Positions 10,097 through 20,577 of a stretch of 64,000 nucleotides of DNA are shown piece after piece. This DNA comes from Nitrososphaerota archaeon (GTDB lineage Archaea; Thermoproteota; EX4484-205; JAAOZP01): contig JAAOZP010000014.1 of the NCBI GenBank assembly GCA_011605725.1, positions 1 to 64,000 of the forward strand, given 5' to 3'. Each line of letters opens with the position of its first letter. Position 1 is the stretch's first letter. The position numbers and the translations under genes are program-made. The notes beneath the pieces are model-generated. The model worked only from the letters and a program-made list of their open reading frames with translations. It did not search any database and was not told the DNA's origin.

Positions 10097-10522
10097 TCAG
10101 ACGGGTCTTAGTATCCTGCCTTTCCTAGCGTCGAGAATGATTGTCTCCCCGTTTTTGAACGATGAAAGTATTTTCCGCATATCTGCAAGAACCACCGGTA
10201 TTCCGCCGAGTATTGCTCCGGCAGACACTATGCTGTCCTCCCGTCCGAGTATTACTCCTGAAGGAGCGATTTTTCTTTTAGCAAGACCATATATCACGTA
10301 GGAGCCTACTGTGCTCCCTTTACTGTAAGGGACCGCAAGGATTCTTCTGCATAGGCTTGCCCCTTCTAAGGGATGGTTCTTCTCAACTATAACTCCGGTC
10401 GACGGGTCTACTCCTCCAAAGAAGGATATTGGCTGCCGGCTTATCAGTAAGGCTCCCTTGGCAAAACCCCTGTTAACAATTTTAACCTTTAAAACCATGC
10501 TACTTTCCACCATATTCTTCAA
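10097..10522 (-). CDS. Phosphomevalonate dehydratase small subunit (AcnX swivel, DUF126)
   Basis: ISFFGGVDP.TG, KGSTVGSYV. Confidence 0.85.
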   Translation of the reverse strand: MKNMVESSMVLKVKIVNRGFAKGALLISRQPISFFGGVDPSTGVIVEKNHPLEGASLCRRILAVPYSKGSTVGSYVIYGLAKRKIAPSGVILGREDSIVSAGAILGGIPVVLADMRKILSSFKNGETIILDARKGRILRPV

Positions 10523-11657
10523 TAAACTCGTTTAAAGATTTCAGGGTTGTTTTAAGCTTAAGGGCTCCACGCAGGTAATACGCTGCTTTGACCGAGTTCG
10601 TCAATACATGTACTCTTCCCTTCTTGAGGCTGCAATGCATGACGCAGGAGTCTTTAAATACTCTAACTCCTTTTTCAAAAAGCTCCGTCAGCAAGCTTTT
10701 TCGAAAAGCTTCTGAATAGGTACTCCGGGAGGTGAAAACCCATGCTTCCACAGAGAGCCTGTTTACACTCTCAAGCGCTTCTTGAAAACCCTTAATCTCC
10801 TCCAGAGACATGTGGGGGCAGCCTGTTATGAAAACCAGCTTCTCATCGCGAGAAGACGGGGCTTCTTCAGAAAGATTCCTCCTCTCCTTCTCGAGCTCGC
10901 TTCTATCTAAAACTATTTTTCTCAAAGGTTTTTTAACTCTTAAGAATCCTGGTGTAAGGTTCTCTATCCAAACCATGGGTGCCGCCCCACTGGTGCCGAA
11001 GCCTGCGAGAAGCTGCTTATAGTAAAAAATGTTTCCAGAATTTTTTTTCAGCCTGAGATAGGGTATTTCAGCACCGGCTTTCAATCCCATAACGTATCCG
11101 AGAAGCCCGTAGTCAAGCTCATTCTTAAGCTTACCATCGTATTCGAAAAAAATCCGGGGTTTCCTACCGTTTCGAAGGTGAATACCGGTCCGCGTAGTAT
11201 AACCCAGTATGGCTGAAGCCAGCGCCGTCAAGCTTCCCTCCTTATTTGTTGAAGCGCCTATGATTGAATTCGCGTAAAGCACTGCAGAGCTTTCTGCCCA
11301 AGCTATTTTCTGATTCTTCCTTAAAGGATTGTCGAACAAGTAGGGTGTGCAGGTTAATGATTCTTTCGCCCCAATGTTTTTCAAGCTTCGAACTATTCTC
11401 TCCTGTTTTTCAACAACCTCAGGGTCGCACTCGAAAACTCTGTCGAAATCAACGCATCCAGGGTTTATCGTAGTCCTGACCCTAAACCTTAACCCTGACC
11501 TTCCTAAGTCTTCAAGGAATTCAAGCCCGGCGTCGCCAATGTTCAGATAGGAGATTCCAGAAAGGTGTGCGCTGGATATCTTAACATATTTTTTTCTTCC
11601 CGTCTGCGTCGACTCCAATATTTTTTTAAACATCTCTTTAGTAATATGCGTCTTCAA
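10500..11657 (-). CDS. Phosphomevalonate dehydratase large subunit (AcnX, DUF521)
   Basis: AHLSGISY, TCTPY, AWAESSA, GCPH, DSC. Confidence 0.85.
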   Translation of the reverse strand: MKTHITKEMFKKILESTQTGRKKYVKISSAHLSGISYLNIGDAGLEFLEDLGRSGLRFRVRTTINPGCVDFDRVFECDPEVVEKQERIVRSLKNIGAKESLTCTPYLFDNPLRKNQKIAWAESSAVLYANSIIGASTNKEGSLTALASAILGYTTRTGIHLRNGRKPRIFFEYDGKLKNELDYGLLGYVMGLKAGAEIPYLRLKKNSGNIFYYKQLLAGFGTSGAAPMVWIENLTPGFLRVKKPLRKIVLDRSELEKERRNLSEEAPSSRDEKLVFITGCPHMSLEEIKGFQEALESVNRLSVEAWVFTSRSTYSEAFRKSLLTELFEKGVRVFKDSCVMHCSLKKGRVHVLTNSVKAAYYLRGALKLKTTLKSLNEFIEEYGGK

Positions 11658-12938
11658 CTACATCCTGCTCCTTAAGAAACGATTCCTATCAATCTTAATG
11701 GGGAGGGTTAAGTCTAAGCCCCATTTAGAAGTTACTAATTTCTCTTGATCGCTAGAAGGATCCAATGAGGATCCGCGCATCCCTTCAAAGAAGAAAAATT
11801 TCCGTTTATCCTGAAACCTCGTAGCCAGCGCGAAATCCACATCCTCATAGCTCCCAGGATCTATGTCCTCATCCACTACGATAACTCCTTTCACAGAGCC
11901 ATGCGCCTCCATCACGAGCTTTATAACCTTGAAAGGTTCATCATCACTTTTCTTTGAAATGCTTACGAAGCAGTGGAGCCATCCTCCGGAACCGCTTGAA
12001 AGCCAAACATCCTTAACATCAACATCGTTTTCAACAAGCTTCTCCCTTATTTTGACTTCCGCAGGATATCCCATGAGCAGTTTATGCTCAAGCCCTCCTG
12101 GAAGTATCGCATGGTAAATTGGGTTTTCATTCCAATAGACTTTATCAACCTCTATCACTGGTTGATCCCTAGGTTTATCCGGTAGGCCAAGTATATCGGT
12201 CATCCATTCCCTAGCAGTCAGGTCTATCCTTATTCTTCCTTCGAAAACGTACTCGGACTCGACGGGTACTGGCAGGTTGCCACCGTCGAAATACGTGACC
12301 TCGAGCGGACTACTTTTTAATGCTCCTGCATAATCTATCTCTGAAACATCTTTCGGCAACTGTGTTGAAGCAGACAGGATTATGTGTGCAGGAGTGCCGA
12401 TTAGAACAGCCACTTTCAAATCATTGCCAGCAGCCTTCTGCTTCATGAATATCTGGTGCAAATGTCTTCCCTCAACCATTCTTACAGCAAATATGTTTGA
12501 ACCAAGATGGAGAAGCCTGTGCACCGACATGTTGACAACACCATCTTCAGGGTCTCTGGCAACTATTACGGAGCTAGTAATATACTTTCCAGCATCATTA
12601 CTGTAGTATTTCAACAAGGGTAGTCTTGAAATACTAGTTGAGTCGGATGTTCCATTCCAATACCAGTTTCTCTCCACCGGTTTGAAAAGGCACCGCTTAG
12701 CCTTGGAAACATGGTTGAACAAGCCTCCTTTCCCAGTTTTCATAAGCCTCTCTACTCTGCCACGGCTAGAGTAGAGGTTTGCTATCAACGGGTCTTTGCC
12801 CTGAAAGGGTTCTTTAAACAGAATGGCTCGTGGCTCGCTTTCCCTTATTACGATAGGGACCTCGGACTCAAAGTGTTTTTTCGAATCTAGAATAATGTCG
12901 TCGCCAAGCTCTTTCACATAGTCCCCTATCCTTACCAT
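11658..12938 (-). CDS. UbiD-family decarboxylase (likely anhydromevalonate phosphate decarboxylase)
   Basis: D.GKYITS, NMSVHR, VDEDID, GSSLDPS; clustered with the AcnX genes. Confidence 0.85.
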   Translation of the reverse strand: MVRIGDYVKELGDDIILDSKKHFESEVPIVIRESEPRAILFKEPFQGKDPLIANLYSSRGRVERLMKTGKGGLFNHVSKAKRCLFKPVERNWYWNGTSDSTSISRLPLLKYYSNDAGKYITSSVIVARDPEDGVVNMSVHRLLHLGSNIFAVRMVEGRHLHQIFMKQKAAGNDLKVAVLIGTPAHIILSASTQLPKDVSEIDYAGALKSSPLEVTYFDGGNLPVPVESEYVFEGRIRIDLTAREWMTDILGLPDKPRDQPVIEVDKVYWNENPIYHAILPGGLEHKLLMGYPAEVKIREKLVENDVDVKDVWLSSGSGGWLHCFVSISKKSDDEPFKVIKLVMEAHGSVKGVIVVDEDIDPGSYEDVDFALATRFQDKRKFFFFEGMRGSSLDPSSDQEKLVTSKWGLDLTLPIKIDRNRFLRSRM

Positions 12939-13031
12939 GCTGTTCCTATGTGATTATGCCATGATTAAAAAGGTTCCATGAAGATTGGAAAAGAGTTTAA
13001 TACGTTGAAAACATTTTGTTAAGGTAAAAGG

Positions 13032-13703
13032 TTGAATATGCGGTTTGAAGAATTGGCGATAAGCCTGAGCGGGAAGACAATTCTTCTCTACGGAGAATAC
13101 TCCAGGGTTTTTCCATTCATACTCAGCCTTATTAGGGTGAATAAAGATTCTACACTGCTTTTCTTAGACGGTTTTAACGCGAGAACGATGGTTAAAGAAG
13201 CGTATTCTCTCAGCCCCCAGGATCTCTCTAGGGTTGTTTTCTCCAGTTTTGAAAACCTTGTGGAGCTTGATAAAGCGCTTGAACAATCTGAAACAATGAT
13301 TCTTAAAAAGGGCTCTTTTAAGCTTCTTATAGCAGGCTCCTTGCCGGACGCGTATCTGCGTGAAATATCGTTGCACGACTCTTCCTCCCACTCTAACATT
13401 CTTTATCTTCTCAACAAGATACTTGCTTTCTTCTCATTCCTCTCAAAGAAATACGGTTGCATCGGGATTCTTACTGGCCCAGGCGAAGGCTTGAACAGTT
13501 CAGCTAGCATTCCGGCGAGAAGAATCTTTCTCTACTGGGTGGACTATGTTTTAGAGCTGCGTAAATGCAGCGTTGGCGGGACGCTTGGAGAGCTAACTGG
13601 GAAAACCGGGGTTAAAACTAAACTTTGTATACTTCCGGAAGGATTTAAAGAAGGCGGTGAAGTATTGGAGTGTAATGAGAATGCTTGTTCAAGAAATGTT
13701 TGA
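13032..13703 (+). CDS. Hypothetical protein, possibly a degenerate RecA/RadB fold
   Basis: GKTILLYGE..LLFLDG strand pattern but no GKT P-loop after YGE. Confidence 0.45.
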   Translation: MNMRFEELAISLSGKTILLYGEYSRVFPFILSLIRVNKDSTLLFLDGFNARTMVKEAYSLSPQDLSRVVFSSFENLVELDKALEQSETMILKKGSFKLLIAGSLPDAYLREISLHDSSSHSNILYLLNKILAFFSFLSKKYGCIGILTGPGEGLNSSASIPARRIFLYWVDYVLELRKCSVGGTLGELTGKTGVKTKLCILPEGFKEGGEVLECNENACSRNV

Positions 13704-14172
13704 ACTAGGAATCAGAGGGCTGATTTTCTATTCTTCAGCCTACGCTGCCAACGCTTCCGCTCTCTTATTCAAGGGAAGGAGGCAAATAGACTTGGGAAAA
13801 GTTTTCATAGATGGTAAACCTATTTTTGGAAGCGGCAAGACGTTTAAAGGCTTCTTCCTCGGCCTAGTCGTTGGGGTTTTCACAGGAAGCATGGTAGGTA
13901 ATTCAGTTATAGTGTCGTTTTTAACGAGTCTCGGAGCATTGCTAGGAGACCTGATGGGGGCTTTCATTAAAAGAAGGATTTCGATAAAACCAGGGGATCC
14001 TATGCCTGTTCTCGATCAGTTTGACTTTATGCTGGGTGCAACACTTTTGTCGCAGGCTTGGAATCATCTGGATCCGCGCGCGATCATCATAATCATGGCT
14101 TTAACACCAGCAGTACACTTAATTTCAAACTTCTTAGCGTTTCTTCTTAAAATAAAGAAAGTGCCATGGTGA
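13681..14172 (+). CDS. carS: CDP-archaeol synthase
   Basis: AYAANA, GSGKTFKG, GDL.GAFIKRR, LDQFDF, KKVPW. Confidence 0.9.
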   Translation: MLVQEMFELGIRGLIFYSSAYAANASALLFKGRRQIDLGKVFIDGKPIFGSGKTFKGFFLGLVVGVFTGSMVGNSVIVSFLTSLGALLGDLMGAFIKRRISIKPGDPMPVLDQFDFMLGATLLSQAWNHLDPRAIIIIMALTPAVHLISNFLAFLLKIKKVPW

Positions 14173-14184
14173 AGCCTACGCCCT

Positions 14185-14631
14185 CTACCTCAGAGCGGAT
14201 GTCTTAAGGTAATCCAGCCCCATTATCATCAGCAGAGATATTGTTAAGAGGGTTATTCCAAACATTATGAACATTTTCTTCTGAGAAACAGACCTTGACC
14301 CCCTGACTAAGAGAATCACTCCCATGCCTGCGAAAAGATAGGAGATAAACACGTAAACCATCTCTAGAATTGTCTGTGAGAGATAGTCTCCCAATGCCCT
14401 AGGAATATAGAAGTATACGCCGTAACCGTATGACGATAAATCTATCATCCATGGGGTTGCTTGAAAATATGTGATTACGTATGTTGCTCCAGACAGGAAC
14501 ACCCCCATAGCAATGGTTAAGCCTGTCAAGATTAACATGTTCACGATTTCTCCTCTACGGATTCCACTCGTCTTCTCACTCCATTTCTTTATTTTATCCA
14601 TCAAGTATTCTGGCAACAGTAGCGGATTCAT
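14185..14631 (-). CDS. Membrane protein resembling OST3/OST6/OSTC (DC2) oligosaccharyltransferase subunits
   Basis: Three TM segments; SGATY..P..SQTILE..F..GMGVILL..R pattern. Confidence 0.55.
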   Translation of the reverse strand: MNPLLLPEYLMDKIKKWSEKTSGIRRGEIVNMLILTGLTIAMGVFLSGATYVITYFQATPWMIDLSSYGYGVYFYIPRALGDYLSQTILEMVYVFISYLFAGMGVILLVRGSRSVSQKKMFIMFGITLLTISLLMIMGLDYLKTSALR

Positions 14632-14722
14632 ATACTTGAGGATTCGGCGTGAAATAGAATTTAAGCATTTCCTTTTTTAACTTTTAAAAGGTTTTTAAAT
14701 AGTTAGGGAGTGGAGAATCCTG

Positions 14723-15010
14723 ATGAAAACCAGTTCTGAGAAATGCATAATATGCGGGAGAAACGTTGAAACCGGGTCTAAACCATCTTTTTGCAGTCTT
14801 CACTTGGAAGCGTATAGAAATATTGTTAGGAACTATGAGGCCTGGAGGAGTGCATACGGTGGTTTAACTCCGGAGGAGTTTCTCAGAAGGCTGGAGAACA
14901 ATGATTATACGGGTAAATGGGTTAAGGAGGTTGTGCGCGTCATGCTTTCAAACCACGGTCTACTCCAGTTTTTTCTGAACGATTTGTCTTACTCGAGCAG
15001 GAGGGGTTGA
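14723..15010 (+). CDS. Small protein with CxxC..CxxH Zn-binding motif
   Basis: CIICG..FCSLH. Confidence 0.6.
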   Translation: MKTSSEKCIICGRNVETGSKPSFCSLHLEAYRNIVRNYEAWRSAYGGLTPEEFLRRLENNDYTGKWVKEVVRVMLSNHGLLQFFLNDLSYSSRRG

Positions 15011-17042
15011 CGCACAGGAGCCAAGGCTTCCCTTTAGTGATAACCCTCACCATAGGCCATCCGCAAATCTTGCAGTTCCTTTCGGTAGCGTAAACCCTGT
15101 TGGGATTCTGCGGTAAAGGTATTGTGAGGCTGCATTTCTTCTCAAAAACATTCGTGCATATTCCAAATCTTTTACCTGTCTTCCTAGAAACAATCATTCT
15201 AAGCTCTCCTTCCTTGCATAATGGACATTTTCCAATAATATTTTTCCCCCTGAGTATTGATATTATTGAGGTTGAAAGATGTTTCCCGATATACTCCTCG
15301 TTAGCCTCCACTTCTCTAAGTATTTCAGTCAACTCGGCCTTAGCCATGCTTATGACCTTCTCCTCATCGATAAGCCCCTTCTCTATTTTCTCCATATCGG
15401 CCTCAACCTCCCTAGTCATTTCAACTGAAAGAATCTTGGGTGAAAACCTGTTTAAAGCAGAGACTAGGCTAAACCCTAAGTCGGCTACAACTATGGATCT
15501 GCCAGCTATATAGCCCCTCTTGTAAAGCGTCTCCACTATCTCCGCCCTAGTCGCCTTAGTCCCTATTCCAAGCCTCTCCATCTCCCTTACGAGAGACGCT
15601 GGATTATAACGGTGCGGAGGATTGGTAAACCTTTCTTCAGAAACAATTTTTCGAACAGTCAAGTATTCACCCTCTTTAAGCGGAGGTATCATTCTTTCCT
15701 CAGGGACATAATAGGGCGAGTATATTTCTAACCATCCTTTCTTAACAATCTCGCTGCCTCTAAGGATGAATCTTTCATTACCAAGCTTTAAAGTAACTCT
15801 GCAAACAGCCTTCTCCGCATCCTCGTCGAAAGCTGCTAGGAAGCGTCTGGTCACTAAGTCAAGTATCTTAAGCTGGTCAGTGTTTAATCCGGATTTCTGT
15901 TCCCCAGTAGGGTAGATAGCGGGATGCGCCGGATCATCCTTCTTCCCCTGCTTAGGCGTTAAAACCTGTCTGGAAAGTATTTTTTCAACAGCGTTGGAGT
16001 AAACAGGGTTCTCCGCAAGCTTCTCAAGTATTTCCCTGTAACCTATGTCGGAAGGTAGTTTCTGCGACGATGTTCTAGGATATGATATTAAAGCATTCAA
16101 GTAAAGCGTCTCAGCTATGCTGAGTGTTCGTGAAGGAGTAAACCCGAAAAAGCTGTAAGCCTCTCTTTGGAGGGTTGTCAAGTCAAACGGCTCAGGAGCA
16201 CTTACCTTCTCAACCTTCTTCTCAACCCTCTCAACCAGGGCTTGCTTAGAATCCGCGTTCTCAACGATTCTCTTCGCTTCTGAAAGACTGTTAACCCTGT
16301 CTCGTTCATACAAGGCCTCGTAGCTTTTACCGTTGATTATAACGTCTGCCTTTAAAACCCAGTAGGGAGTGGGGATGAAGGTTTCTATAGCGATCTCTCT
16401 CTCAACAAGCAGTTTTAAAGTTGGGGTTTGAACTCTGCCAACACTGAGGACATAGGGTGTTCTTACAAAACGCGTCACGGACCGTGTTAAAGCTCTAGAA
16501 AGATTTATCCCGTAGAGAAAATCCACTATGTGCCGGGTTTCGCCTGCTTTCACCAGACCCATGTCTAAACCGGGTTTCATTCTTCTAAAAGCCTCCTGAA
16601 TCTCTTTCTTCGTTAATGTTGAAAGCTTCATCCTGTAAACTCTGCCCTCTTCCCCAGACACCTTATAGAGGAACCTTAGAATATTATACCCTATTAGACT
16701 CCCTTCAACATCATAGTCGCACGCGTTAACATAGTAGTCTACACCGTCACTGATGCTGTTCATCTCCTCAAGCCATTTCTCAAGCCTCCTGTTCTTCTCA
16801 ATGAGATGCTTCGGAACCCACTCGTAGTCGAAGACAGGGTAAGATAGCCTATTCCTGTTCCCCGTAGTCAACTCATACAGATGGCCTAAGGCGGTTGTAA
16901 CCAGTATCTCTGAATCCCCGTTTCTAACTAGGAATGAGGGCACGACTCTGCCTATTCTCCGGGGCTTAGACTTGGAGTCCAGAGCCTCAGAGATCCTTTT
17001 AGCCGCCTCCGGCTTTTCAGCGATTATTAGATACTTAGACAA
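14940..17042 (-). CDS. topA: Type IA DNA topoisomerase
   Basis: IAEKP, DYDVEG, GRVQTP, ISYPRT, C-terminal Zn ribbons. Confidence 0.95.
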   Translation of the reverse strand: MSKYLIIAEKPEAAKRISEALDSKSKPRRIGRVVPSFLVRNGDSEILVTTALGHLYELTTGNRNRLSYPVFDYEWVPKHLIEKNRRLEKWLEEMNSISDGVDYYVNACDYDVEGSLIGYNILRFLYKVSGEEGRVYRMKLSTLTKKEIQEAFRRMKPGLDMGLVKAGETRHIVDFLYGINLSRALTRSVTRFVRTPYVLSVGRVQTPTLKLLVEREIAIETFIPTPYWVLKADVIINGKSYEALYERDRVNSLSEAKRIVENADSKQALVERVEKKVEKVSAPEPFDLTTLQREAYSFFGFTPSRTLSIAETLYLNALISYPRTSSQKLPSDIGYREILEKLAENPVYSNAVEKILSRQVLTPKQGKKDDPAHPAIYPTGEQKSGLNTDQLKILDLVTRRFLAAFDEDAEKAVCRVTLKLGNERFILRGSEIVKKGWLEIYSPYYVPEERMIPPLKEGEYLTVRKIVSEERFTNPPHRYNPASLVREMERLGIGTKATRAEIVETLYKRGYIAGRSIVVADLGFSLVSALNRFSPKILSVEMTREVEADMEKIEKGLIDEEKVISMAKAELTEILREVEANEEYIGKHLSTSIISILRGKNIIGKCPLCKEGELRMIVSRKTGKRFGICTNVFEKKCSLTIPLPQNPNRVYATERNCKICGWPMVRVITKGKPWLLCVNPSCSSKTNRSEKTGVDRGLKA

Positions 17043-17169
17043 GGTTTCTACTCCCGTGGACCAATGTTTAAATCGCTTTTTACGCAGTCTGCTTTTAAAA
17101 TTTTCATGTTGAAAATAGATTTTTATACCTCCTTTCAGGGCCGAAAGTGAAAGGTAGACAGGTTAAAAA

Positions 17170-19752
17170 ATGATGAGGATCAGAGGGATCTTTGGAAAAG
17201 CCTCCAGATTCAGGCCCAGCATTAGCTTGGAATCCTATGTTAAAACATCCATGTTTGTCACTATCATACTCATGTCTATAGCCATTAGGTTCCACAACCT
17301 TCCCCTAGGATTCTACTTGGGAGAGTTCGACCCTTTCTGGCATTACCGTAGTGCAGAATACATAATGAAGAACGGTATCTCCGCCTTCTTAGAATGGGTT
17401 GACCCTTTAAGCTGGTATCCTTACGGCAGGGCTGCTGCAGCATCCACACCCATCGGTCTCCCTCTGGCCGCGGTCGCTATTCATGCTTTCCTCAACATGC
17501 TGGGCGCCTCACTCTCCCTGATGGATGTAACAATAATTTTTCCCCCATTCGTATCCGTGCTGGCTGTTGTCGCAATATTTTTCATGGGCAGGGAGGTTTC
17601 GGGTGACGACTGGGTCGGTCTCCTAGCCATGTTATTCCTAGCTTTCAACGGAAGCTTCATCGACAGGACGCATATGGGTTTTTTCAAGCATGAGAGCCTT
17701 GGGATACCGCTCATAGCGATCTCCACATACCTTTATTTTAAATCAGTCAAATCAGAGACTTTAACCAGGGTGGTAGTGTTCTCAATACTTTCGGGCTTAG
17801 TTCTGGGTTATCTCTGTATTTCATGGACTGCCTATGTCTACATGGTTGGCCTTGTGACGCTGTTCTCGACGCTAGCAGCGCTTTTCCTAGACCCTGGTTC
17901 GACAGAGAGAACACTAGTCTCCTTCGCGATAACAATGGGTCTCTCAATGCTTATTGCAGTCCAGTTTCCGAGACCAGGTGAGAGCGCCATATACTCAATA
18001 TACTATATTGCAGTAATCGTAGGCTTCATAATCATACTCTTAATGAAATACCTTAAAAGGGTGGAGGCATCGCTGACAATTCCTATTTTAACAGGGTTTA
18101 TCGCAATCGGTTTATCCGCCACCATACTGCTCTTCAACACCGGGTTATTCTCTTCTCTCCTAGGCAAGCTTATGGCGGTGATAAATCCCTCAGCCCGCTT
18201 CGAGCAACCCATAGTTGAATCCGTGGCTGAACACAAGATGAGCACCTGGTATTCTCTTTTCCTAGACCACGGGCTACTACTGTTATTATTCCTGATAGGA
18301 ACAGTTTTAAGCCTTCTATCTGGAGACAGGCTTAGCAGGCTTTTCATATTCTCAGCAGGGTTGAGCTCGCTCTACTTTGCAAACATGATGGTTAGAATAG
18401 GTCTAGTGTTCTCCCCGTTTGTCTCGCTAATAGCTGCAATAGGCTGTTCATCGCTGATAAGCCTATCATACCCTGCGGTTTCCGAAAAGATTAGAATGGG
18501 CAGGAGGGTCACTACCTCCGGTAGAAGAAGTATCTTGGGAGTGGTATTTGTATCCGTCTTAATACTTTACATGGGTTACCACGGTGTTAACACGGGTATT
18601 GCCCACATGCAGCAGGAGGGCGGCGCGTCTCTCCCCACGTCTTCAATCCCTTATCCAGGCTCCTTCCCAGACTGGATTGAGGCGTTAACCTGGATAAGAT
18701 ATAATACTCCTCCTGGTTCAGTGGTTCTCTCATGGTGGGACTATGGCTACTGGATCACCTCGCTGGGCGAGAGGCCGACTCTGATAGATAACGCGACGAT
18801 AAACTCTACACAGGTGGCTGTTGTCGGAAGAATATTCATGTCTAACGATACTGTTGCAATACCCATGTTGAAAAGATACAACGTGTCATACATCGTTGTG
18901 TTCTCCACGCTTCCGTTGCACTGGTATATTGGGACATGGGGAGACGAGGCTAAGTGGACATGGATGGCAGCCATAGGGTATGATTTAAAGCCTGTGAACG
19001 CTAGCTACGCGTGGATCTCTAACGATTACACTAAGGGAGGGTATGCTGACTTAAACCTGACTCAGCAGATGCAGAACACGGCTCTGGTTTCAGGGTATGA
19101 GCGCTCGCCGAAGTATCTTCCGGCGGGCGTGGTTCTGCCTAGGCGTGACTCTGTTCTCACTAGGCTTATGGTTAACGCGTACATGCAGGCCCTGACAATG
19201 ATGGGTGTTTCCCCGCTTGAAAACTTCAGGCTCTCCACCTCCCCGTTCTACACGCTGGTCTTCCTCTCACCCACCTACGGGTTCGTATCAGTGTACAAGG
19301 TTAATTACAACGCGTCCTACGGGGAGGAGTCTCTAGTATTAGGCTCATCCCCAGGCGTAGCGCTGAGAAACTCTTCGAAACTCTACTCTATGCCGCTAAT
19401 ACCAGGCGTGAATATGGTTGTGAATATTAAGAGTGTTCACGTGGCTGAGGGCACAGCTGAAGTAGGCAATGCTTCAAGAGTTTTGAAAGCGAATGCTTCT
19501 CTAATAGTTAAGATAAACAGGCAGGTCAGTAAGATCTATCAGGCTTCTCCAGGAGAATACAGGCTTATTTATAAGGGTAATCTAATCGAAATAATGATTA
19601 ATGGGACGCTTGTTGAAACTCTTCCGCTGCCTGGGGATGTAAAAAGCGTTGAAGCAGGATTCCTGCAATTCACTGAAGGCGTTGAGGAAGGCAACATAAC
19701 TAGCTATGCTTTCTCATACATCGTGTACGAGGTTAGGGTAGAGGTTCCTTAA
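17170..19752 (+). CDS. aglB: Oligosaccharyltransferase AglB (STT3)
   Basis: EFDP, SVAEH, WWDYG, DEAK; multi-TM. Confidence 0.95.
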   Translation: MMRIRGIFGKASRFRPSISLESYVKTSMFVTIILMSIAIRFHNLPLGFYLGEFDPFWHYRSAEYIMKNGISAFLEWVDPLSWYPYGRAAAASTPIGLPLAAVAIHAFLNMLGASLSLMDVTIIFPPFVSVLAVVAIFFMGREVSGDDWVGLLAMLFLAFNGSFIDRTHMGFFKHESLGIPLIAISTYLYFKSVKSETLTRVVVFSILSGLVLGYLCISWTAYVYMVGLVTLFSTLAALFLDPGSTERTLVSFAITMGLSMLIAVQFPRPGESAIYSIYYIAVIVGFIIILLMKYLKRVEASLTIPILTGFIAIGLSATILLFNTGLFSSLLGKLMAVINPSARFEQPIVESVAEHKMSTWYSLFLDHGLLLLLFLIGTVLSLLSGDRLSRLFIFSAGLSSLYFANMMVRIGLVFSPFVSLIAAIGCSSLISLSYPAVSEKIRMGRRVTTSGRRSILGVVFVSVLILYMGYHGVNTGIAHMQQEGGASLPTSSIPYPGSFPDWIEALTWIRYNTPPGSVVLSWWDYGYWITSLGERPTLIDNATINSTQVAVVGRIFMSNDTVAIPMLKRYNVSYIVVFSTLPLHWYIGTWGDEAKWTWMAAIGYDLKPVNASYAWISNDYTKGGYADLNLTQQMQNTALVSGYERSPKYLPAGVVLPRRDSVLTRLMVNAYMQALTMMGVSPLENFRLSTSPFYTLVFLSPTYGFVSVYKVNYNASYGEESLVLGSSPGVALRNSSKLYSMPLIPGVNMVVNIKSVHVAEGTAEVGNASRVLKANASLIVKINRQVSKIYQASPGEYRLIYKGNLIEIMINGTLVETLPLPGDVKSVEAGFLQFTEGVEEGNITSYAFSYIVYEVRVEVP

Positions 19753-19758
19753 TTTAAG

Positions 19759-20577
19759 TTAGCTCACATAGTCTGGAAGCCTGAAGGACTCAGCTATTCT
19801 ACGCGCCCTCTCATCCTGCATCAACTGCCTAACCTTCCTCTCATACCTGCTTATTATCTCGTTTATCCTCTCCTCCTCGCGTTGGAAGTCTCCAATATCC
19901 AGTTTAAGGTTCAGGAACCTGTTTAACACGTTTAAAACTTCCCTGGAGCCTTCAGCGTCTGGACGTATGCTGGTTGTTTCTCCAAGTATGCATACGGCGT
20001 CAACACCCATTATGCTGCTTAACCCCAGAATGATTCCCGATAGCCCGACTACAGGAGTTCCTATTTCAGCCTTCTTGCAACCAGCTTCCTCAAGCTTTTT
20101 CAAAAGCTGCCTGCTGCTTGCAAAGCCTATTGCCCTCTTGGATTCCGATGCGGAAACATGGCCTCCGGCAGTAACTATCAGCCTTACTCCCCGTTTAACT
20201 AGGAATTTCAACATTTTCATGGCGACGTCATACTCTCCCCAGATGTTTTCCAAGTGTTCGTCAGCCGTTACTATAAGAAGGTCGGAACCGTTAAACTTGC
20301 TCTCGCTCTTATATATTTTCACTCCAGTGATTCTCGCCACACCGTTTTTACTCACTATTACCTGATTGCTAAAATATGGAGATGTAACTATGCCTATCAG
20401 CCTTGTATTAAGCTTCCGGATGAGGTATCTCGATATTATTCCGCCGATCCTGCCAAGCCCAGGTAGTCCTATTATAACAATCGGGTTTTCAATCCTAGTG
20501 TTCCTCTTAATCCAGACCCTTGTCTCCATGAGCGGCATGTCCTTCACATAAATCTTCACCCATTGTTTCTCAGACAT
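19759..20577 (-). CDS. PAC2-family proteasome assembly chaperone
   Basis: IIGLPGLGRIG, CILGET..PD; usual neighbour of Nop10. Confidence 0.85.
   Translation of the reverse strand: MSEKQWVKIYVKDMPLMETRVWIKRNTRIENPIVIIGLPGLGRIGGIISRYLIRKLNTRLIGIVTSPYFSNQVIVSKNGVARITGVKIYKSESKFNGSDLLIVTADEHLENIWGEYDVAMKMLKFLVKRGVRLIVTAGGHVSASESKRAIGFASSRQLLKKLEEAGCKKAEIGTPVVGLSGIILGLSSIMGVDAVCILGETTSIRPDAEGSREVLNVLNRFLNLKLDIGDFQREEERINEIISRYERKVRQLMQDERARRIAESFRLPDYVS

Noticed and set aside
14075-14082. CGCGCGCG run inside carS
   Set aside because: In-frame coding sequence (Pro-Arg-Ala) of an intact core gene with no junction; counts as a background occurrence.
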